Assembly (NCBI GenBank): GCA_032718475.1
Contig: JAUCBJ010008434.1
Coordinates: forward strand, 1-55,011
Source: Nemertoderma westbladi
Lineage: Eukaryota; Animalia; Xenacoelomorpha
Reading direction: 5' to 3'
DNA: 55,011 bases
The position numbers and the translations under genes were made by a program. The number at the start of each line of letters is the position of its first letter. Within the stretch, counting starts at the first letter, position 1. Under the pieces are notes generated by a model, which was given only the letters and a program-made list of their open reading frames with translations, was not told where the DNA came from and made no database searches. Of this stretch, positions 13,918 to 25,900 are shown one piece after another.

Positions 13918-14338
13918 CGTCTTTGGAATGAGATCTAGATATCATTAGAACCGCCTTCATCTGCAGATTCTGAATCTGAAACCCGTTATAATTTTCACCA
14001 AGAAATTTCGGAGATATTATCAAAATACTAAGGTGTAAATTTATGTGACATAAATCGCTATAATTCTAATGTTTTTTTTACTCAATTCTAGAATATTAAT
14101 TATGGGTAATGAAAAAACAAGATGGAGAGTTTTAAACGCTCAGCTAAATAATAATTAATATTCTAGAATAAAGACAACAATACATCAGAATTGTCGCGAT
14201 TTACATCTCTGAATTTACACATTAGTATTTTGATAATATCTTTACCAATTTTTGGTTAAATTTAAAACGGTTTTCAGATTCGGAATCTACAGACGAAGGC
14301 GCTTCGAATGATATCTAGATTATTACATTTCAAAGACG
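13918..14338. mobile_element. Fold-back (palindromic) MITE-like element
   Basis: The left ~185 bp is an imperfect reverse complement of the right ~185 bp (e.g. ATCTAGATATCATT / AATGATATCTAGAT). Confidence 0.7.
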
Positions 14339-14339
14339 T

Positions 14340-16618
14340 TGATACCAACAAACAACACATTCGAAAAGAGTAAGGGGAAGGAAGCTATGGACTTTTCAAT
14401 ACCCTAATGGAACCAAAGCACAACCGGATTACATCCTTATAAACAAAAAGTGGAGAAACAGCATGATCAACTGCGAGGCATACAGCTCGTTCAACCTAAT
14501 TGGTTCGGACCACAGAATTGTGACTGCAGAGAACATACTCAATTTGAGAGCCAGCAAACTCAGGAAAAGCAAGCAAATCAACTATGACTGGGAGAAACTC
14601 AGAACTGACAATGCAGTAAAGGATGCTTACACAGTAGAAGTTCAAAACCGCTTTGAAGCACTTCAGTCAACGGATGAAGACCAATCCACGGATTCAATAT
14701 ACCGGAATATAATAACAGCCCACAAGGAATCAGCTAAGAGGCATATCCCCCAGAAACCCAAACGAAAACAGTATGTTTTATAATTTATTATTGGTGCCAT
14801 GACAAAACTCTGAGGTTACTTGTAAGAGAGAAGATCTTAAGATAGCCTACAAAGTTAAAACCGAACAACCGAAAACATTAACAAGGTTGAGAAAGCTAAG
14901 GACGATCTTAAATTGGCCTACAACATCAGCCAGGAAAAGTACATACAGGATAAAATTGAAGCAATTACAACTGCTCACATACGGCAACAATCAAGACTTA
15001 CCTGGCAAACTGTAAATGAGGTTTCTGGTCGGAAACGTTGTGCAAAGGGGCGCCGCAAAGCCGATAGTCCTGAAGAACGTGTTGGGAAGTGGAAAAATCA
15101 CTTCAGCAACTTGCTTGGGCAGCCACCAAACATCGAGGTCAGCCCTACAAGGAAAATATATTACAATACACTACCTATAGAAACAGGGGACTTCACACCT
15201 GCCGAACTCCAAAGAAGCATTAAAAGCATGTCCAATAATAAAGCGAGTGGATTAGATGAAATCCCAGCGGAGGTATGGAAAACAGGAGTGCTAAATAGAC
15301 CATTATTGAATGTTTGCAACCGGATGTTAAAAGGGGAAAAGCCACCACCAATTTGGACTAAAGGTCAACTAAAGCCTCTCCCCAAGAAAGGAGACCTCGG
15401 TAACTATCGTGGGATCTGTCTGCTTGTGGTAGCTGCCAAAATATACAATAAAATGATTCTATATAGGATTAGGCCTCACACATAGAGAAACTACTGCGTA
15501 AGAGCCAAAACGGATTTCGACCAAGTAGATCAACAATAGCTCAGATACTTGCACTACGGAGACTGATTGAAGGAATTAATTCAACGAATCTCCCCGCAGT
15601 CATGACTTTTGTGGACTTCAAGAAGGCATTCGACTCCATCCATAGAGGCAAAATGCTTGAAATCCTAAGAGCTTATGGAATACCAGAATTAATTGTTGCT
15701 GGCATTGGATTGTTATATTGTGACACAGAAGCGCAGGTACTCTCACCAGATGGTGAAACTGAGTTTTTCTCAATCCTGGCTTGGGTACTGCAAGGTGACA
15801 CATTAGCACCATTACTATTTGTAATTGTGCTGGATTACGCAATGAGGACGGCCACAAAGGGTGAAGACCTGGGATTCACACTTCAAGAACGCAGAAGTAG
15901 TAGATATCCGGCAACTACAGTCACGGACACCGACTTTGCGGATGACATCGCCCTGCTCTCTAATACGCTAGCAGATGCACAGCTTCTACTAAATAAAGTG
16001 GAGAGGGCTGCTAACGAGGTTGGATTGCATATAAATGCTACCAAGACCGAATTCATGACCTTTAATGTTCATGGAAACTTGACAACCATTGATAATAATC
16101 AACTAAGGAAGGTCGATGACTTCCAGTACCTTGGATCATGGATAGAGAGTAGCAAAAAGGACATAGAAGTTAGGAAAGCAAAGGCTTGGGTAGCTCTATT
16201 AAAAATGAATACCATCTGGAAATCAAATCTCTCCAGGCACCTGAAGACTAAGTTCTTTCGAGCCACAGTGGAAAGTTTACTTTTATATGGGGGTGAGACC
16301 TGGACACTCACTAAATCACTTGATCAACGAATTGATGGTTGCTACACAAGACTACTAAGGGCAGCCCTAAACATCAGCTGGAGACAAACGCCGTGCTTTA
16401 TGGTACAATACCACCTGTATCAACCAACCTCCGTGAACGCAGATTAAGATTCAGTGGGCACTACTGGCGAAGTAAAGACGAGGTCATAACAGATCTACAG
16501 TATGTACTTTTCTGGCAACCAACTCATGGAAAGCTTAGTCGTGGACGACCGACCATAACATATATAGATCAACTTGAAAGGGATACTGAACTTGGGAGAA
16601 ACGAAATTGCGACAACTA
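14340..16618 (+). mobile_element. 5'-truncated RTE-clade non-LTR retrotransposon (APE C-terminus and RT), degenerate, left part
   Basis: WTFQYPNG..DYILINKKW, GSDHR, KASGLDEIPAE, PKKGDLGNYRGI, FVDFKKAFDSI, VLQGDTLAP, DFADDIALL; several stops and frameshifts; interrupted by the LTR element. Confidence 0.92.
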
Positions 16619-17760
16619 TGTAAAAGCTTTTGCGTCATTAACCGGTTATTTTCCCTTAAAGTACTCTGTAGTTGGTTTACCAGGCATAAAAAGGCCGTGT
16701 CCTTGCTGTACTGGTGTTTTAGAGGACATAAAAGTCATTTCTTCTGTATTTGTACTTTAGAGGACATAATCCGCAATCTCGTGACGCGATAAGCTAGATA
16801 CTCTTGAAAACAGTGTCGCTACCATGACGACGGCTAGCAGCTGATATTGCCACGTCGACATTTCTTTGTTTCTTTGTTCTCTCGTTGTTCGGTTGACCAA
16901 TCAGAGCGTTTTTTGTCTCTGTGTTGGAGGTGGATACAGAACTCAGTAGTTCAGTGTTATGTTTTTGCCCAGAGCCTAAGAACACCGGCTTTTGGCACCT
17001 CCGTGTTTCAGTCTTTAGTCTTACATTAGTAGGCTTAATTATAGAACGTATATCTGTTATCTACTCACTTATTCACTCACTATCCATAAATTACTAATAT
17101 TACTGCTTTTACTGTCGGTTATTCATTATATTGGTTGATGAAATATTATATCGGAATACTGATCAATAGTCAGATACCCCACCTTCTTGATATACTAAAG
17201 GTTAGAGAGACCGGTTACAAATAAACGATTGCGACCTATGTTAAGTGGTTTGAAGTGAATCTAATGCTATTTCATATGCCCGACATAAATTATATGTTGC
17301 TCTCTTTATACGTGACCAAATTTAGTGAAGGTCGGCAGATTAGTGTGCAGTATTGTGCAGCATTGTGTATGAGTGTAACTGATAACAAAGCATCTCCTAA
17401 AGAATGCGCCATATACGTGAATCTATAGCCTTTTCGTTGTGTCTAGTTTAAGTCATAACTCTGTTTACATATTTAGAGCGCCACGTCCTAAAGGAACTGT
17501 TAATATTTCCCGAAAGTGAATAATATTTGTCAGAGATTATATATTACGATCAGTCGAATAATACAGTAGGCTTACACCATCAATCATTAAGCTCCGAACT
17601 CAGTCTCCCGGGTATATCCAACGGGTGAATGATTGCGCATAGACTGGCTTCGGCTAATGTAGTGTATCAAATACTCGTCATAGGCTAAAGACTATCTATC
17701 ATCCAAAAGACATTCTAATTTTGGCAGGTTAAACTGTCAAAGGTCTTAAAAGCGCAAACA
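16619..17760 (+). repeat. 5' LTR of the BEL/Pao element
   Basis: Direct repeat of 32050-33191; only one difference seen by eye (A17757 vs G33188); CCAAT box near 16897, AATAAA near 17219. Confidence 0.97.
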
Positions 17761-18041
17761 ATAACAGATATTGCTTCTGGATTGCGGTGTAAGCAATCTA
17801 GTCGAAAGTACCGGTCGACCGGTAACCAGTAGGCCTGACTGCCTGATCATCCGGACCGGTACTTACTTACAGTACAGGTACAGCAGTATTATTCGATTGT
17901 GGTATTGTATACCGGTAGGCTGTTTAAGAGATTAGGGACTGTACACCCCTTGTTTCTTTTGGAGCTTACTTATTTCTGTCAGTTTTATTTATTTGTAGGC
18001 CAGTATTGAGCAGAAGGCGTGTAAGCCTGCTCAGATTGTAC

Positions 18042-18614
18042 AGATAATTTGTAGGCTTGACTGTTGGCTAACTGTTGATTAGGTCTGAACGGATTGCAGT
18101 GCATGTAGAGTGTATGTCCGATAAAGAACGGTTAGGAAGTAGGGGCAGCCATAGCTGTAAGGTAAACCCCCATCTAAAGAATAAGTCGTACTACTGGGTT
18201 AGAACGCATACTACTTAACCATTTCGGAGTCTGCATGTCCTGTGGTTTATTTAGGCTTGATAGGAGTCCGCCAGCGTTTGGTCTGTACTTTGTTTGTGTA
18301 GTCTGTACGGGTAGCGTATAATTTTATTTAGATAATTTGTAGGCTGGATAGTTGTCTGGCTGCTGTTGGGTTTGAGGAAATTTCGGTGTGTGTAAAGCAT
18401 CTGTCCGATAAAGAACGGTTAGGAAGTAGGGGCAGCCATAGCTGTAAGGTAAATCCCCATCTAAAGAATAAGTCGTACTACTGGGTTAGAACGCATACTA
18501 CTTAACCATTTCGGAGTCTGCATATACCGTAGTTTGTTTAGGCTTGATAGTAGTCTGTCAGTATTTGGTCTGCATTTTGTTTGAATAGTCTGTACGCGTA
18601 GCGTAATATTTATT
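18042..18614 (+). ncRNA. Tandemly duplicated (~287-bp unit) structured RNA element in the retrotransposon leader
   Basis: A 122-nt core differs at one base between copies (18115-18236, 18402-18523); the flanks diverge in sequence but pair with each other as a long G-U-rich stem in both copies. Confidence 0.7.
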
Positions 18615-19945
18615 ATTCAGAGTTTATGCGATTATTCGCAACATTCATATCCCCAAGTTTATTCCTACAGTAATTGTGTTTGTTATACATACCGTTATAG
18701 TTAAACTAACCCCGGTACTACATCAGGGCTGCTCGGCGTAGGTAAAGACTGGAGATTTTGTGCTTTGGTCACTCCGGCAGATACCGTGGTTCTTTTAGCT
18801 GTTCAAGTATTTTTAACTACTAATTATTTGTCGTACAAGTACTTGTACCTAATTTAGGGTTTAGTGTACAGTGCTTTCCGAAAGCAATTAGTGTGTAGGC
18901 AGTGTATTTGTGTTGTAAAGTGGTTAATAGGCACGTTGGTTCTGGTAGACCGCGGTAATTAACTTCTAGGTAGGGACACTCCGTGATACATAACGTAGTA
19001 CCTATAGCGATACGGTTATAGGTCGTCAGGCGGTGGTATTTTCCTATCTGGACAACGCAATATATTTACTACTACTTATTATTTTCAAATACCGTAGTAT
19101 CCTGTCTGTTATAATAACCAGAATTCTAACCCTTTGTTAGGCTGGTTTGTAGACTTCCTGTAAAATTACCCTAAAAATTTCGTACGTAATATTTTGTTGT
19201 GTTTAATTAGAGATTTAATCTCACCCGTATCGTAAGTAATTTGTAGTATTAAGTAACTTAGGTAAATTAGAATTATCTGTTTTAGTGTCCCATAAGTAGC
19301 ACTTCACTGAGAGCGCACAGCTTTTGTGTAGTGACTTCCCCCAGAAATAATAACATTTATTTCAAATATTGACAAAACCCATTTTAAACGGGTATATAAA
19401 TATTATAAATCAACTCAAACGATTTATAAATAGTAGGCCTGCCATACAACAACTAGGTCTCAATATCAGTTGGACTACTGCTTAAATAACGGTAATAAAG
19501 TAAGTTAAAGTAACCAAGTAACCCTTAAAATTCAGAAATTCAATTATTCTAAAATAATTGACATACCGGTATTTACAATAGGCTTATTATATTTATTTCT
19601 ATAAATTTTAGGTTGAAATCATACCGGTATTCTGTAATTAATTCTAGTCTGTAATTATACTTATATATATACACTATAAGTGTAAACTGCATACCGGTAT
19701 TCATGATAGGCCTATTATATATTTATATATATTTGTGCTAAAATTACCTACCGGTATTCTGTGATAAACTAGTCTGTAATAATACTTATATATACTATAA
19801 GCATACCGGTATACTAATATATTATATATCACGCTACACTGAGTAGCAGTATCGGTAATTAATTACTAGGCTAGCAGTTAACACGGAATTACTAGACTTG
19901 CTTAGACTGTAATATAGCAGTAGACATTCAACTGTGTAAACAAAC

Positions 19946-22900
19946 ATGTCTGATACTAAGCAGAACCTGTCAGACAGTTTATTAGATGTAACTATCTGCG
20001 ACTCAGATAGAGGTGTAGAACCGTCTAGTCCTAAGTTCAGTTCACCTCCCACTGTGAGGAAGGTCATCCCTCCAGTAGTAATAACAGAACCTAGGCTGGT
20101 CCAACATCGTAGGTCTATCATAGGCACTCAAGCTCAGGTCAAGCGGGACCAAGAAGCAGCGGAACAGCAACAACCCGCGAGCCAATAACTTATTTCTCAG
20201 CGGCCCAACAGCTCCAGTAGTGAGGATACTGTAGAGCTGACACCCGAGCGCGGAGCAAAGATGACGGATGCGGTTTATTCGGATCCCCTTCTCATCCTTC
20301 CTGCAGCCGTACTCACTAGGTTATTGATCGCGGTGGAAGAACACCAGATCGATTGGGTGAGAAGTAAACGATCGACTAAAGATAGTTATGCGGGATACAC
20401 AAAGGAAGAACTGAAATCTATGGTCGAGTCGCAATGGAACTTCCCCGGACCCGGACTCCCGTTTGATTTATCAGAAGCTGCCTGGGAAGACATACACCGG
20501 ATGGGAGTAGCCAAGGAAACCATCGATCCAGCTGTGTGGAAGAGGTCCGCAGCCGGATACGCACAGGGATTCTTCAGCTCTATGGAGCGAGTAAAAGAAC
20601 AACTGTTTCAACAACCTCAAGGACCTCAAGAGCAGGGACAACTGCTTTATCAAGTTAGAGAAAGAATTCTGCGAATTAGGCTAATCTTATCAGCCTTTGA
20701 GGAGGCTTCTAAAAGAAGACAAGACACGTCGTTGCAAGTTGCCGTAAAGACTTGGTTTCAACGGGTGAGTCGCCAGGTTCAAGGAACGGCTCAGTGGAAA
20801 GCTCAGCTGGAGGAGCGCTCAACCCATGGAGAATCAACAGACGCTACTTTTTCCCAAGTGGAAAGTGAAGCGACGGCAGAGAAACCGCATAAGAGGGATG
20901 CCATTGACATCTATCTTCTCAGACTATCAGCGTTTTTTAGGAGATGAAGAGTTGAGGAGAAGGTTAGATGGACTTAGCCCTAATAGCGAAGGAACTCAGC
21001 GTGTGTTGGATGCCATCGATGTGGAAATGAGGGCTGCGAACCAGGCTAAATTTGATGAACGCCTCCGCATCACTAGAGTCCAAGAAGAACAAGTAAAGAA
21101 AAAACGTATAGAAGACAGAAAGGCAGCGGCAGTAGCAGCAGCAGTGGCATCGGCAGAAGCTGAAAGAAAAGCGGCCGAAGCGGAAAGAAAGGCGGCAGCG
21201 GCAGAGGCAGAAGTGGAGAGAAAAGCGGCCGAAGCGGAAAGAAAGGTGGCAGCGGCAGAGGCAGAAGCGGGGAGAAAAGCGGCCGAAGCGGAAAGAAAGG
21301 CGGCAGCGGCAGAGGCAGAAGCGGGGAGAAAAGCGGCCGAAGCGGAAAGAAAGGCGGCAGAGGCAGTAGCAGAAGCAGAACGGAGAGCGGCTGAAGAAAC
21401 CACCCAACTAGAATTGGAAAACATTCAGGAGAATCAAGACTGCATAAATAAACAGTTAACAGCTAGTAATATGCAGATGATGAATCGATCTACTCCCAAA
21501 AGACATACATCATCTGAGGAAGGCGACACCACCGATACTGAAGGCAAAGGAAATAGATCTCACCTAAGCAGACGTAAAAGAACATCCCACCGTCAGAAAT
21601 TGCCTGATTTGCCTCCGGCTGTTAGAAGGCAACTAAATAACACCAACTTAGGTAGTACAGAACCCACAGACCAAATAATTACAATAGAAAGACTCCCTAC
21701 TATAGTAGATGAGCCTGAAATAATTAGGCCTGTTCCCGAAGCCACCCTTTCGGTGGTAGAGAAACCTGTACTCCCTGAACCTACCTCGCAATTCCCTTTG
21801 CACAGCACTAAGCTACCTGTGCCCAGCAGAACAGCCCATGAGACAGTTCATGCCCTGGACTCCGAGCGAAATATTCATGATTTGTCGCCCGTTGTCCCTC
21901 GTCCGCCCGCTACAACGTTGGCGAATCCCGCTTCGGCGGTTGAATGGGTGGATGAGAGACGACGGGGGATGGATCTCCTGCTCGGACAGATGCAGGAGAC
22001 CGTTCAGCAATTCAAGGGCACAGTAAGGGAAAGTAGATTAGAGTTGCAAGAAGTGCAGCAAAGTATCGCGCTAGAACGCGATAAATTAGTAAATACACAA
22101 AAGGGTATACCAACACCCCCCGTAACAATGTGTCAACCTGTTAGGTCTGAAGTATCTCATGCGCAAGGTGTGGAGCCTACACGCATCTATACTGCTAGCG
22201 AAGTAGAAACTCCTATAGTGAACCCTATTAAGGGTAATTATAGACCTGTTGATAATGATATTCCCTATAGACCTGATCATAATCCAAGAAATTTATATAC
22301 CGATAACTCGATATTAAATAACACGATGGCCCAAGAAAGTTTTACGCGTCAAATGGCTAGAACCGAAGCCCGGCAAGCGGTAAAGGTGGGAGAGATAGTC
22401 AAGTTCAATGGAGATGAGATGAAATGGTTACCTTTTAATGAATATTATAAAGATAACATACAGAACTCTGTACTATCTAATGGAGAGAAACTTAGATTCC
22501 TCATCGAGTGCTTGGAAGGATCTCCCAAGTTAATGGCGTTAAAGTTTATTGGACATCCAGACGGATTAAGACAAGTTTGGGATACACTAAACATCAGGTA
22601 TGGTAATAGGAATAACATAGCTGGGTATTTGTATGCAAAGTTAGTAGCGCCCCGAAAGTTTATTAGCAGCGGGATTATAGAGTTTTCCGATGAGATTCAG
22701 GAGATCTGCAGACAATTAGATTGGCTAGGTAAGTCTCATGAGTATCAGAGTGCTATGGTTATTAGAGCAGTGGCTTCTACTTTACCGAAGGGTGGAGTAG
22801 GTACACGCTGGGATAAGAAAGTGTTATATATGATGGAACAACAACGACAAGACCCTACCATGGCTGATCTCATGTCATTCCTAGATGGAGAAGTGAAATT

Positions 22901-25900
22901 ACAGCTCCTGAAACTGTCCAGAGAGAAGACACCGGAAAACAAGGTAAGTGAAAAACCCGTCGCTAGGAGAAAGGTAACACCAGTGTGTTATACAGATGAT
23001 GGCGAAAGCCAGACTTCTCAAGGAGAAGATAGCGGGAAAGACACTGACAGATCTTATTACGTAAATAAAATGCCTAAAGATCAGGTAAGTAAATTTAAGT
23101 CTCGAACAAATGACAGGAGAGAACAGGTAAGAAAAACTCCTCCTACGTCTCCCAAGAGAATTCAGGTGAGAAAGCCCGAAGAAAGGACAAGTGTACACAA
23201 TGTTACTCAGAGTAAGGTAAGTAACATCAAACCGAAATGTGCGCTATGTGATGGGACCCATCGCTTAAATATGTGTGATGAATTTCTAAAGAAATCATTA
23301 ACTGAGAGACGTGAAGTCATGTGGGATAAGCGGTTGTGTTATAATTGCCTCAGACATGGACACCAACGGCGAACCTGTTACTCTGACACAAGATGTGCCA
23401 AGTGTGGTGCGAAACATCATATCTTGTTACACACTGAATTCGAGCGAAATAGTCCGAGTCAGGTAAGTGATTCCGAACTACATGTCCAATTCAGTGATGT
23501 GAACGACACTGATCAATCTGAGATGGAAGGATTCTATACGGACGAGTTCTCCGACGAAAACGAATCCTGTTACACGATAAATACCACAGTGTATCGAGCA
23601 CTCACGTATGAAAAGGATACGGACAGCGACCTTACCCTAACTACTTCTGATCAACAACCATTTTGGAAAGCGCCAACTTCCAATGTAGGGATTAGAGAAT
23701 TTCCTGTGGTACAGGTAAGGGTCCACGGACCAAAAAGGAGTTATGTAGTGAACGCCCTCCTTGACTCCGGTAGTACAGGAACATTCATCGACAAAGAGCT
23801 AGCCGAGGACATATTTGCTGGACAACCCAAGTTCCGAACTAAGCTAAACATGTCAGGAATTATGCAAGTTTGGAAATCCACAGTAACAGCGGATTATTAT
23901 GTAGGTGCGTTGTCCACCCCCCAGGACGAACTAGGAGAACGTAGCATAAGGTCAGTGAAAATGGTGGCTATAAAGAATTTCGCTACTACTCAAGCAGACC
24001 TTTATAATTGGGACGAGGATGAGAGCATTCAATATCTTAAGATACCTCGATTCCAGACAGATTATCCTGGAGTGCAAATACTCATCGGCCAAAATGCACA
24101 TGAGGCGCTCGAGACATTGGAGAAACGGCCTGCTCAACCGCAGCCACTACAGACCTATGCGGTAAGAACTAGAGTAGGTTGGTACTTTACTGGCCCTTCC
24201 CGTAGAACTCTCATGGAAAGATTACCGAAAGATCAGGTACATCAAGTGCGAGAATGGGAAGTTGAGAACAGTGAGTTCGACGATCCAACTGAGGGAACTC
24301 CATACTCCTCAGACAATGACGATATACATCAACTCTTCGATGAGGAGAATGCCATCGATCTCCTCAAGGAAAGCGAGACTTGGCAAAATCAAGTGAACTT
24401 ATGTCAACTCCTTCTCCCATCCGAGCGAGACGACTATAACGACGAGCTTAATGACGTCATTGAACGTTATAATGCCAAGACTCGGGATGAACACGCCGTG
24501 AGATTCTTTACTCAAGAGGTCGTAGAGCCCAACTCCTACGATAAGGCCCTATCGGTGGAGGAAGAAAGAGCCAAGCAGATCCAAGCGACAACTACTCGTT
24601 TTCTTAAAGATCAAGGTAGATATGAGATCGGTCTTCCTTTCCGAAAGCGAGTACCAAAGTTCATTAACAACAGACCTTTGGCAGAGAAAAGAATTGCTCA
24701 ACTACATCGACGCCTTACGGCAAATTCTTCAGCTAAAGAAATGTATCAAACGCAGTTGAAGAAGTTTATTAGCAAGGGATATGCGGAGCTAGTACCGGAA
24801 GAAACACCCATAACTGAGAGAACGTATTATTTAACTCACCATTACATTCCCAAACCCGGTAAACCCCATGAAGTACGAGTGGTGTTTGACGGTTCCGCCC
24901 TTTATATGGGCCAATCTCTTAATTCTGAATTGTTACCCGGACCCAACTTACTCCAATCCTTGTTGGGAATACTATTAAGATTAAGACAATATTCCATTGC
25001 TTTCGCCTCAGATATAGAAGGCATGTTCTTACAAGTCAAAGCGCTGGATAGGAATCGAGATAGCCTACGATTTTTGTGGTGGCCTGAAGGAGACCTCAAT
25101 AAGAAACCGGTGGAGTACTGGATGACCATCCAAGCTTTTGGGATAATCTCGAGCCCTTCAAACGCCTGTTCCGTGGTGCGCACCACTGCGGATGACAACC
25201 GAGACGCCTTCTCTAAAGAAGTGATCGACAATATCAAACGAGACATCTACATGGACGATAATCTGAAGTCCCTTCCATCAGTCGAAGAAGCCATTGAGGT
25301 CGCTAAAGGAACGGTAGAATGCTTAAGGAAAGGTGGATTTCGATTAACTAAATTCACCAGCAACTCCCGTGAGTTTCTGGAGTCGATCCCGGTAGAAGAT
25401 CGAGGAGCAAAAGACCTAGATCTAATAAAGGATGATCTCCCAGAAACTAAGACCCTTGGTTTGAAATGGGACACAGAAAGAGATATCCTGTTTTTCCAAC
25501 TAAAACAGCGAGATAATCCAGTTCGGACTAAACGGATATGTTTAAGTATCCTGAGCACTTATTTCGATCCATTGGGATTTATTAGCCCAGTTATATTGAT
25601 TGCTCGGAGTTTAGTACAACAAATGTGGCTTGAAAACCACTCATGGGACGATCCACTTAAGGGAGAATTATTAAAGAAGTGGATGAAATGGGAAGATTCT
25701 CTACCAGCCATCGAAAACTTCATAATTTCCCATTCATATTTTGGTCATGTTCTCCCTACGTATTCATATCAACTCCATGTGTTTGGAGACGCCAGCGATA
25801 TGGGAATAGGTATAGTAGCCTACCTAAGGGTGGAAACTCCGGACGGAATCAAAGTTGCCTTGGTTACCTCTAAGGCATTGATAAACAACAAGTTGAAAGT

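Noticed and set aside
17230-17428. Short ORF shared between LTR subfamilies (49806-50009 in the solo LTR)
   Set aside because: A 1-bp indel near the start and mostly non-synonymous differences; RNA structure explains the conservation better.
18115-18236. Hairpin-ribozyme resemblance (GCATACTAC vs loop B GUAUAUUAC, AGAA and GUC motifs)
   Set aside because: The opposite loop-B strand lacks the essential C, and no GUC/AGAA pair is flanked by the required helices.
20964-21424. Antisense Ala-rich and Cys/Phe/Arg-rich ORFs
   Set aside because: They are mirror frames of the 60-nt Gag coiled-coil repeat.
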